From Eledone cirrhosa (lineage: Eukaryota): a stretch of 64,000 bases of DNA. The notes beneath the pieces were generated by a model that was given only the letters and a program-made list of their open reading frames with translations, did not search any database and had not been told where the DNA came from. Position numbers and translations under genes: made by a program. The DNA lies in NCBI GenBank assembly GCA_964016885.1, contig OZ024762.1, positions 26,846,001 to 26,910,000 of the forward strand. Direction: 5' to 3'. Below are positions 40,185 through 52,082 of this stretch, one piece after another (the first letter of the stretch is position 1; each line of letters opens with the position of its first letter).

Positions 40185-42293
40185 TAAGTTTATATGAGCT
40201 GGAAAGCAGGTGTGATTTCATGTGTGGGCAACTGGTGAAAATTTCCGTCTTTGTGTTCAGGCAGGTCTTTGTTGATTTAATATTTTGCAAGATCCACTAT
40301 TTTTCATTTATGCAGAGCGTGCATTTTCTTGTTCCTCTAGCATATTTTTTAGATTGGTTCAAAATTGACCAATCCAATTTATATTGGACGCCTTGGTCTT
40401 TCAAATCCCAAATTCTGCTAGCCAGAGCTGTTGTAAATCTTTTTTCTGGATGTCGAAAGGATGCGACATGTGAGTAATAACGCGTTTTGAATTTGTCTTA
40501 GTCATACCCACATATCGTTCATTGGTGGCTGGATGGTTGTTGGTGATGGTTGTCACTTTAGCCGCATATACAATGGCTTTGGTGTTGCATTTACCTTGTA
40601 ATGGGCATTCACTTTTGATTCTACAGGAGCAATTTTGATTTTCTCTAGGTGATTTTTTTGTTGATGATATAGGACTTAATATGGGGACCGCAGGAATAGC
40701 TAATTTTGACACAGTTTCTGTTAAAGATCTTATAGTATCTATGTGTTCTAGGGAAATGTTTATCTAGGAGCTCTAGGAATTTTTTGCATACATTAGTTTT
40801 AACTGCTAGAGAGTAGAGGGTGTGAACCAGATTATTTTTCTTTTCCTGTTTTTATGTTTAATAGAGTTAGTATAGTTGGGTATGTATTTAATCGGTTCGC
40901 TAAAACTGCTATTTTGGAGGGCTTTATTATAGTAGGGGGATGCCTTATTAAAAATAGCTTCTGAGGAAGAGAGGGTGGAGATCCTACGGCTAATATTAGG
41001 GATAAGGTTTTTAAAAACTATAGGAGGATGGCAAGAGCCTTTATTTATATATTTTAAGTTTTCATTAGGTTTATGGTATGGTTTATAAGAAGCAGTAGGC
41101 AAATCTAGGTTTATATCTAGGAAATCTACATTGGAAAGGTTAGTGTCAATAGTAATTTTAAGATTAAAACTAGCGAAGGTTTTTATTAAGTCTTTCCTTA
41201 ATCTATCTAAGTTATCGCCTATGGTGGTATGGGAAAGTATTAGACCATCGTCGCGATAAAGCCCAAAAATATGGTCAGGAAATTTTTCTTTAAGTGTATG
41301 TAGGAGGAATAGGCCGACCAAATCACAAACATCAGCACTGTCATAAGAGCCCATTGAGACATCGAATGGGCTCTCTGGGATAGATATTGTTACCCAAGTG
41401 TCATTATCAGTAAAGAGTAGAGTGTTTCCAGCGTGCAAGATGACATTCTCTTCAATATCGGAGATATTAGTAAACCTTCTAGGGAAATTTAAAGCTTTCG
41501 TTAAAAGTGTCTGAGTGATAGATGGGTAGAAATCTACAATGCCAAATTGGGTGAATCTAGAACTATTTTTGTTTTTAATATTATTAAACCAATGTACTAC
41601 GGAAGAGCTATTTATCCATTGGAGTAATATAGACTTACTTCTAATGTGTGTATTTATATTATTTAACATTTTTTTGCTGGCAAGACCAATATCAGTCTTA
41701 GCGGGGTTGATTAATCTACAACTAGGACGATTAATAAAGTCGGGTTTGTGATCTTTAAGGGTGATGTACCCATTACGTTTAGCAAGTTTTTCTGTCCTAT
41801 TATCTATTTTTAAAGAAACAGCTAATTCTTTAGCTTCCTTATTTATATTATGATACGTGTTTATATTAGCTATTTGGTATTTAGAGGTGATATTATCTAT
41901 TAATAGTTGGTCATGTAAATTATTGTTAACTTCTTATAGGTTTTTAGTTTTATCGGAGAAGATGAACTTATTATTAGAAGATTTGAATGTTGAAATATCA
42001 TTAGATAGATTAGATTGAAAAGGGTTAGAGTACTTACGAAAATTGATATTGTTGATTAGGTTAACTAGGTCTAATTCAAAAGCGGTCATATCTTTTACTC
42101 TTTGCGGGTATTTGTGAGTTTTGATGTCAAAATATTCCGTAGAATCCGTGTTAAAGTGTCCATCGAGAATCAAAGTTTTCCATCTCATTCTTTTAACAAC
42201 CTTCTCTACTTTGTCTATCAGTATTTTCGTGTAGAGAGTGTTAGAAGGTGTTGGGATATTCTTTACAGAGTAATCCAAAGGGTATCTATCCAT
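40185..42293 (-). pseudogene. PLE RT-GIY-YIG polyprotein with in-frame stops and frameshifts
   Basis: YSVKNIP, KRMRWK, TAA at 41934, ITLKDHK, CRLINP, DFYPSI, MGSYDSADVCDLVG, GLYRDDG, FLD, WF.P, CSCR..CPL, YVGMT, CTLC, CPH. Confidence 0.9.
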
Positions 42294-42822
42294 GTTCAGT
42301 ATTGGTTTAAAATCCTATGACTGAAGAGTGCTCGACTTTAAAAGGGCTGGAAGTTGCCAATCTCATAAGGATGTAGAATATGCTGCGATCATTCCCTTGG
42401 GAGCTTTATAAGTATTGAAATTTCCGTTGAAAACAGAAAAGGTCATAGAAGTGAAGAGTGCTCTGTGTAAGTACCAGAGCAAAATTTAATGTATAAAAAT
42501 CAATACAATATAATTACCTCATTACCAGAGCTTTCCCGAATGAGGCGAATACGAAAGAAACGTCTTCATTCGTTCGTCAGACGAGGCAATATAAAACATG
42601 GGTAAATACTTGGAAAGTATCATAAAAAAAAGCAGAAAAAAAAATATATAGACAAATGAATTAGAATTTGAAATATATAAAAATCTTTCAAGAAATATAG
42701 TTAGGTGTGTGTATATGTATGTATATACGCTCACAGATGTGCATATATGTGTATGCGCAAATGTATTTTTTTTTTTTTTGCTTTTCTTGATGATACTTTC
42801 CAAGTATTTACCCATGTTTTAT

Positions 42823-42900
42823 ATTGCCTCGTCTGACGAACGAATGAAGACGTTTCTTTCGTATTCGCCTCATTCGGGAAACCTCTGGTAATGAGGTAAT
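42823..42900 (+). ncRNA. Type I hammerhead with 10-bp stem I (copies at 38653-38730 -, 42513-42590 -, 52103-52178 -, 54574-54649 +, 55274-55351 -)
   Basis: attgcctcgt-CTGACGA-a cgaatga...tcattcg g-GAAA-cc tct gg-TA-atgaggtaat; the 52-55 kb copies have CCGACGA. Confidence 0.8.
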
Positions 42901-43093
42901 TATATTGTATTGATTTTTATACATTATATATATATATATATATATATATATTCAGGTTTGAGGTTGACCACTGGATAGAGCTGGTCAATTTCGTATGGTC
43001 AATCTTGATGTAATAATATGGAAAGTACTCAACGTAAAGCAGTTCAACCGTCTTTGTTTTTGTAGTTGGTGGTGCTAGTACGGAGTTAAATAT

Positions 43094-43517
43094 TATAATA
43101 AAATGACAGGAGGCTGGACTTGTGTAAATCCTTGAAAGTTTTATTATACTATGATTATTTCAATGACCAGGTTCCGAATGAATCCGGTGATATCATCAGG
43201 TATTCGAAATATAATAAGTGAATGTAATAGATAAAATCCATGGGGCTGAAAATCAAAGACCCGAGGACGACTGCCATCCAGCATCTTCCACCTTTGCCGG
43301 TCGCCCTCCCGACAAAGGTGGAAGATACTGGATGGCGGTCGTCCTCGGGTCTTTGATTTTCAGCTCCATGGATTTTATCTATTACATTCACTTATTATAT
43401 TTCGAATACCTGATGATATCACCGGATTCATACGGAACCAGGTCATTGAAATGATCATAGTATAATAAACCTTTCAAGGATTTGCTCAAGTCCAGCCTCC
43501 TGTCATTTCATTATTAT
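43094..43517. repeat. ~420-bp imperfect palindrome (centre ~43305) with degenerate HHR-like cores
   Basis: The arms are reverse complements (mirror ORFs 43155-43391 and 43218-43454); CTGATGA...GGAA-ccagg-TC at 43410-43444. Confidence 0.85.
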
Positions 43518-43527
43518 ATATATATAT

Positions 43528-43587
<60 letters not shown>

Positions 43588-43591
<4 letters not shown>

Positions 43592-44050
43592 GGAAAAAAT
43601 GAAACGATATTTCATTTCCCACTCTTAGTACGGCTGTTACTTAAATATAAGTATGTACACGTACATACATATATGTATACCGACGTACAGTAGTATGTAT
43701 ATATATATATACATACATGCACACATATATATATGCACGTATGGATTCACCGAACATTTATTATAATGCTCGGTGTGTTTGTAAACAAATCCCGTATTAA
43801 GCCTGAAACTAGTACATCCTAACAAGCTTGAAACTAGTACAGCGTTCCTTTGTCAGTGTTGAACAAACGAGCAACGGTGGTTGCTAGACACTACGGCTTA
43901 ATACGAGATGTTTGTTTACAAACACACCGAGCATTATAATAAATGTTCGGTGAATCCATACGTGTATATATATATGTGTGCATGTATGTATATATATACA
44001 TACTACTGTACGTCGGTATACATATATGTATGTACGTGTACATACTTATA
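43588..44050. mobile_element. Inverted pair of ~420-bp-family tails; the plus arm begins inside HHR helix II
   Basis: Junction ...attaagcc tgaaactagtacatc ctaacaagctt-GAAA-ctag-TA-cagcgtt. Confidence 0.75.
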
Positions 44051-44286
44051 TATATATATATATATATAAATATGAGGAAGTTTCGTTTATATGTATATGA
44101 TATTTATTGTTACGCGCGTTTCGCAGAGTATTGGCTCGAGGTCACCCATACTAGTTATATACAATATATTTAGGCTAAATAATGAATCTTGTTACTCTGG
44201 AGATTCGCATATCTATCATACTGTCATCAAACATGATCTCTACTTCAGTATTGAGTACTCCTTTCTCTAAGTCATCAACCACATAA

Positions 44287-44367
<81 letters not shown>

Positions 44368-44554
44368 TCTTTCTCTCTCTCTCTTTCTCTCTGTCGATAT
44401 GCGTTCTTAGCATAATTTACATTTAGCGGTATCTTATAAATTCGAATTTGAGCCTGAAGAAAGGTAGTGCCTTTGTACCGTATATGAACATAAATAAATT
44501 ATATATATATATGTGTACTAGCAGTGAAACCCATGCTACTCCCGTCAACTTATT

Positions 44555-44684
<130 letters not shown>

Positions 44685-44973
44685 GCAAGAATAGACGAGA
44701 CAAATGCAGAAATTAAAAAACACAATGTCTTCTTACTTTCACGCTTATGAAGAAGGAAAGTGTTCGACGTGTCGGACATAAGTCCTACTTCAGAAAGTGG
44801 AAAGTTCGGGGAGAGAGCGACAGAAATTCTTGGTAAAACGGAAATTTAAAAAACAAATTTATGTGGTGTGTCAATATATATGTGTTTGTATATGTACACG
44901 TGTCTGTTTATGAATAAATTTTGTGTATATGTATGTGTTAGGCCGTTTGGAGAAGTTGCGTTCACACGCTCAC

Positions 44974-45016
<43 letters not shown>

Positions 45017-45702
45017 CTTGTGTGTGTATGTATATGTGTAGGACGTATAGAGGTGTGCATCCTTTTTTCGATTAGAGTATGTTAGGTTTATTTAAATTCG
45101 TAAGAGACACCCACAAAACCACGCATACAAGCACACACACGCACACACACACATATGTACAAATTCATACATATACACAGGCACACACACAAATACGCAC
45201 ATACACACAAAAATGCACATACGCACAAGCACAAAAACCCACATACACACACATGGTCACATGCAAACACAGATAGATACACATACCCCACACGAACACA
45301 CACACACACACACACACGCATACAAATACACACACACGTGTACGCACTCATACATATACACACACACACACACATGCGCACAGACAAAGATGCACATACG
45401 CACAAACACAAAAACCCTCATACATACACACACACATGCTGACATACAAACACAGATAGATATACACACACGAACACACACAGGCCCACGAACACGCACA
45501 CACACACATACACAGAGCCCACATACACACACATACCCTCCCCCCACACACACATAAACCCATGACCATGATAAAAAATTATCTAATTATATTCAAAATA
45601 AGAAATTCCTCTTTAAATGCAAACTCGATTTCAGACAAGTTTCCGAGACGTTTTGCATATTTAGATGTACATTACCGTTGACTGTGTCTTTGGTGTGTGT
45701 GT

Positions 45703-46322
45703 CAACACCACCACCACCATTGCTCGCACCAACACCACCGACACCTCTAGCATCACCAACACTACTGCTAGCGTCAACACCACCGCTACTAACAACAACA
45801 CCACCACCACTACCACCAACACCACCGCAACTAACAACACCACCACCACCACTACCACCAACACCACCGCAACTAACAACACCACCACCTCCACTACCAC
45901 CAACACTACCACTAGTATCAATATAACTACCACCAACACCACCGCAACTAACAACATCACCACCACCACTACCACCAACACCACCACTAGCATCAATATA
46001 ACTACCACCAACACCACCGCAATGAACAACACCACCACCACCACTACCACCAACACCACCGCCACTAACAACACCACCCCCACCACTACCACCACTAGCA
46101 TCAATATAACTACCACCAACACCACCTCCACTAACAACACCACCACCACCACTACCACCAACACCACCGCAACTAACAACACCACTACCACCAACACCAC
46201 CGCCACTAACAACACCACCACAACCACTACCACCAACACCACCGCCACTAACAACACCACGACCACTACCATCACCACCAGCATTACCATCAGCACCATC
46301 AACACCACCACTAGCATCAATA
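45703..46322. repeat. (ACC/AAC)n-derived minisatellite
   Basis: Triplet-based 30-42 bp units that translate as Thr/Asn-rich sequence. Confidence 0.85.
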
Positions 46323-46344
46323 ACAGGAATTTAACTCTGTGAAA

Positions 46345-46665
46345 GACAGGTGTCTTGTCCAGAGGGGACACGTGTCCTCTTAGATGCTTAACGCCGAAAA
46401 ATCCAGGAGGATCATCTACCTGATGGGCACCTGGGCTTGAGGGAACCCTTTTACTGTTGGTATGTGTTGTGTTCTTGAGAAAAAACACTTCATTTTACTT
46501 TGCTTCTGTATACTCAGCTGAAAATACAATACCAGCAGTAACAGGAAGTTAGCCCTGTGGTGGATTGGTGTACTGTCCAGGGGGTGTTATGTTTTCTTAG
46601 TCGCTTAATGATGAAGGATTCAGGAAGATCATCAACCTGATGAGTATCCGGGCTTAAGTCAAACT
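46345..46665 (+). mobile_element. Two degenerate SINE 3'-domain fragments (Meta-domain-like)
   Basis: 46350-46447 and 46553-46665 share gtccag.ggg...cttag..gcttaa...cagga.gatcatc.acctgatg...gggctt; the family assignment is from recall only. Confidence 0.35.
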
Positions 46666-47002
46666 TTTTTTGTTGCGTGTTTTTTTATAGACTAGGGTGT
46701 GATTTGGTGGAGATTTGGTTAGTATTTCTAGCAGTTCGAATGACCATCTAGAAGCTCCTTCTACTTCACATGCCATAAATAGCCTCAAGAAATTTCCATC
46801 AAAACTAACTCTCCGTTAAAAAGACAAAAAATAAAATAAAAGGGCAGAACACATTCGATAAATGTAGTCCTAGATACACATTGCCTGAATAAAAGATTCT
46901 CATAGTTGGAACTTATTTATGTTTGCTTATTAATGGTTATTAAGGAGCTGAAAGCACAGCCAATTATAAGATTGATTCTAGATCAATGTGAATGACGTCA
47001 TA

Positions 47003-48460
47003 AACATCACCACCAACATCATCACCACCACCGACACCACCACCACCAACACTACCAGCACAAAATAAAATACCAATAGTAACGACACCACAACGACAAC
47101 ACCACTACCACCTTCTACACCCCCAGCTGCACCCCACCACCACCAGCTCCACCCCACCATCACCAGCAACGACAACAACACCATCACCACCATCTCCACC
47201 AACACCACCACCACCGTCACCAACAACGAGACCACCACCACCAACACCACCACCAACGCCATCACCAACAACGAACCACCACCACCACCAACACCACCAC
47301 TACCAACACCACCAACACCAACACCACCACCACCACCACCAACGCTATCACCACCAATGAGACCACCACCAACACCAACACCACCACCACCACCACCAAC
47401 GCTATCACCACCAACGAGACCACCACCAACACCAACACCACCATCTCCACCAACGCTATCACCACTAACGAGACCACCACAACCAACACCACCACCAACG
47501 CCATCACCAACAACGAACCACCACCACCACTAACACCACCACCACCAACACTACCACTACCAACACCACCACCACCACCAACACCACCACCACCACCAAC
47601 GCCATCACCAACAACGAGACCACCACCACCAACAACAACACCACCACCACCACCACCAACGCTATCACCAACAACGAGCCAACCACCACCGACGCCATCA
47701 CCAACAACGAGACCACCACCACCACCAACACCAACACCACCACCAACGCTATCACCACCAACGAGACCACCACCACCAATACCACCACTAACACCTCCAC
47801 CACCATCAATGCCATCATCAACAACGAACCACCACCACTAACACCACCACCACCACCAACACTACCACCACCAACACCACCACCACCGCCGACGCCATCA
47901 CCAACAACGAGACCACAACCCCCACCACCACCAACACTACCACCACCAATGCCACAACCACCAACACCACCACCACTAACACCACCACCAATTAAGCCAT
48001 CACCAACAACGAGACCACCACCACCAATACCACCAAAACCACCAACACCACCACCACCAACGCTATCACCACCAACGAGACCACCACCACCAATACAACC
48101 ATTAACACCTCCACCACCACCACTACCAACGAGACCACCACCACCAACAACACCACCACCACCACCAACACCACCATCACCACCACCACCAACGTCATCA
48201 CCACCAACGAGACCACCACCACCAATACCACCACCAAGACCTCCAACACCACCACCACCACCAATACCACCACTAAAACCTCCATAACCACCACCACCAA
48301 CGAGACCACCACAGCGACAACTGCAACACTATCATTAAGACCAACACCACCACCACCAGCAACAACAAAAACAACAAAAACAACACCAACATCACCAACG
48401 CTACCACCAGCACAACCACCAACACCATCACCACTAACGACATAAACAACAACAACAACT
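47003..48460. repeat. (ACC)n-derived minisatellite with aacgagacc/gccatc subunits
   Basis: Directly visible; several frame-breaking indels. Confidence 0.85.
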
Positions 48461-48670
48461 TCATTATTACCATTCCAATTAGAATAAATAACTAAAATGT
48501 TATTTTTAATAAAAATAATAATATATTTAAAAGAAAAAAGAAACAAAGCTTTTAACAACAACAACAATAACAACACTAACAACAGCCATGTTCATATCCT
48601 CCTCCGCTCTCCAACTCCACCCCACCCTTCCCCTAACCCTATCCCGATCACCAAAAGTTTAGGAAAAAAC

Positions 48671-48761
<91 letters not shown>

Positions 48762-48778
48762 ATACATATATATATATA

Positions 48779-51277
48779 GAATTCACAAGAATCAAAGCTG
48801 TGTTCAAAGCATTTATTCACTTACAATTGTTTCATCCAAACGTAGGATGCATCTCACCAGTCATAAAAAACAAAAATAGAAGAAATAATACTTTTTTCAA
48901 CCCTCCTTTTAATCTAAACATCTCTACCAACCTACCTAAGGCTTTCTTCTTACTCCTGGATAAAAACTTCCCATCTGGCCACAAGTACCATAGTCTTATA
49001 AACAAAAACACAATTAAAATCTCCTACTTCACCACGCCTAACATAGCATACCAAATAGCTAGTAGCAATAAAAGAAAAATTAATACATACTTCCAACAAA
49101 CTAAAACACGACAAGGGGTAAATCTTAAAAATTACATTATATCTACTAACCCTGATATCAATAGTGTAAGCAATAACGCTGAGAGCGACAACCCCCATAG
49201 CCATAATGCAACAACTAACAACCAGACTTCTACACAACATAATAACCGGCAGGTTAACATCCAAATTAATTGTAACTGTAGATCAAATAGAACCTGCCCT
49301 TTAGATAAAAAATGCTTAATCAAGAATATCATATACTCATGCACCGTCATAACTAGCAACTCTTCTGAAACCTATATAGGCTCTACTTCAAACTGCTTCA
49401 AAACCAGATACAATTCGCACCTCCATTCTTTCAAAAAACACAGTCTAGCCAACTCCACTTCACTATCTAGCTACATACACTATCTAAAAACTAAAAATAG
49501 ATCTTATACACTTAAATGGGAAGTGATAGGTAAGGCGGCATCGTACAAACCACCTAATACATTTTGTAACCTCTGTCTACTAGAGACCCATACTATAATC
49601 TTCTCAAACCATTACCTCCTTAATAAAAAATCGAAGTGTTCGCGTCGTGGCAGCATCGCTTCCGACACTCCTTCCAAAACTTTAAACTCAATATATAGCA
49701 ATGTCAGGCTTGAACCTATCACCACTTCTAACACCTGAGGCACACACCTTACACCACAACTCCACACTCACTGATCCACCCTATCTTAACACAAATCGTT
49801 CCACCTATCTATAACTTTATACACTAGAAATATCCCCATGTAATGTACACCTACTTTTAGTATAATTACTTTCAATTACTTATAATTATATAGTGGTACA
49901 ATACAATCTATGTAAACTTTTAAATACCAGATTCGACAATGGATTATTTGTGCAAATGTATTTCCATGTATGGAGTGCTATCATTGGATATATATAAGAT
50001 TAATTTATTAACATAAGAGATCTGAATAACCTATATGTTAAATGCAATGAATTGTGTATGAATGGTATGTGAGTTATATATGCATGTATAACTTGATGGA
50101 TGGATTAATGATATTGTAAGTGAGGGATGCTTTTTGGTCTGCCCTAGAGATGTATTTAGCTTTTCCATGCAGTCAGCCATACGTTGCCCCAGAGCTTACC
50201 AGGGGTTATATAGACGTAGTTCTAATAGGTCCCCTGACAGGTATTGTGAGTATATTACATTTCCATATATCTTTGATATGGAATATTCAGTGGCTCTTTG
50301 TATGGAATATTCAGTTGTAGCACTCTATGATAGGGAGTAATCATCCTAATATAGATACCTTTAGTACTTCATGATAGAATAGACTGTAATTCAATATAGG
50401 ATACCTAAAATTGGAAACTGAATATATAACCGTCTATATAAGGGACTCAATTGAGACACCTTATATTGTATGTTGGAATAATAAATTTAGTTATAGAAAT
50501 CAGCTAGTTACCTCTCCTGACGCATTAACTCCCCTTAATCACACACATACTTCCGGATAATAAACCGATGTATATTCTTGCAACAGTAACAACCTGCTCT
50601 ATAAAATTGGATTAAAGAACACTGAGCCGCAACAAGCTAAAATAATTTAATTTAATGCATCAAACATCCAATGCGAAATCATCGTTAATTATGTGAAGGA
50701 TATATAAACTATATATTACGTTTCTTGAATGTGAAAATGGTTTTGGATACAAAAACCATAACTTTCTTTTGTTTCTCCTTTATACTATGTTTCTGCACGC
50801 ATACTTCTGTATCATATACAAAAAATACCTTACCACTACAACCTCCATAATACTCTTACTTACCCGCTTTAAGTGCTTCTATTACATCACCCTGCCGCAC
50901 AATAATCATATATAAATGAGACACACGTGCATGCCCCACGTGTGACTAACGCATAACATAACTAAAATAACTACTACATCTGACTAACAAACTATCCTCT
51001 TGCATTATCTATGTTAACTGCCGATTGTATTTTAATTTTGCTTTGATTTTGTTTTAATGTGATTTTGATTTTGAATTTGAATTGCTATACAGAATATATG
51101 TCACTCCACTGTACATCAATATATACATATGTATCTGTATGTCTCTTGCGTTGGAAAGGGGGTCAATCATGTGTACAAACATTGAAAAATGCTCCGAAGA
51201 CTCCAAACCTAGGTTTGGATGAAACAATTGTAAGTGAATAAATGCTTTGAACACAGCTTTGATTCTTGTGAATTCTA
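48779..51277 (+). mobile_element. 5'-truncated PLE: inverted pLTR tail, GIY-YIG region, long 3' UTR, pLTR with HHR
   Basis: FFNPPF, NTIKISY, CNCR...CPL..KC..NIIY, YIGST, CNLCLLE (48860-49690); 48779-48841 is the reverse complement of 51214-51277. Confidence 0.85.
51191..51235 (+). ncRNA. Minimal hammerhead, U4C core
   Basis: gct-CCGAAGA-c tccaaac ctag gtttgga t-GAAA-caattg-TA-agt. Confidence 0.65.
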
Positions 51278-51635
51278 TATAACTGCTCTATAGAACAACT
51301 GATGTTATTACATTGAGCTATTTATCTTACTGGTAATAAGGTAGTAATAAATTACTGACATTCACTGTTTAGGGTTTAAAATATATATAACTATAAAAGG
51401 TTTTAGTATATACATAACCATAAATAGTATCCTTAATATTATATATATATATATATAAAATAGTAAGCAAGCAAACCAATCAAAGAGGAGAGGAAAGTGA
51501 TTAGTTAAGAAAATTACAACCCATATATATATATATATATATATACATGTAAAGTTATATTTAAAATTGTTGGGTTACAACTAGTAAATATTTATAACTG
51601 ATATAAAAGCACTCGACAAATACTTGGAGTATATT

Positions 51636-52006
51636 TACAATATTAAATAAATGGAAAACTATATTTATAAAACCATATTTATTTCATTATATATATTTCG
51701 GGGATATCATATTAACAATATGCTATGCCTTCATCAGACAAAATACAATATAAACAGTTTTATAGATAAATATATTCGACATACCGTAATAAACATCAAC
51801 TTCATTTGAAGAGGTTTACTCTACTAGAGTAAACCTCTTCAAATGAAGTTGAAGTTTATTACGGTATGTCGAATATATTTATCTATAAAACTGTTTATAT
51901 TGTATTTTGTCTGATGAAGGCATAGCATATTGTTAATATGATATCCCCGAAATATATATAATGAAATAAATATGGTTTTATAAATATAGTTTTCCATTTA
52001 TTTAAT

Positions 52007-52012
<6 letters not shown>
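51636..52012. repeat. 377-bp near-perfect palindrome (1-nt centre at 51824) with one HHR per arm (51905-51966 +, 51682-51743 -)
   Basis: ttttgt-CTGATGA-agg cata g catatt gtt aatatg a tat cccc-GAAA-tatata-TA-atgaaa. Confidence 0.85.

Positions 52013-52074
<62 letters not shown>

Positions 52075-52082
<8 letters not shown>

Larger units (their letters stand above)
38552..42925 (-). mobile_element. Near full-length Penelope-like element (Naiad-like) with 5' and 3' pLTRs and an inverted upstream pLTR
   Basis: Direct pLTRs at 42412-42765 and 38552-38905; inverted partial pLTR at 42765-42925; one HHR per pLTR; single disrupted ORF between them. Confidence 0.9.

Noticed and set aside
48497-49738. 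413-aa ORF as a single protein
   Set aside because: It is a read-through fusion of low-complexity DNA, (CA)n, an inverted pLTR tail and a PLE EN fragment.
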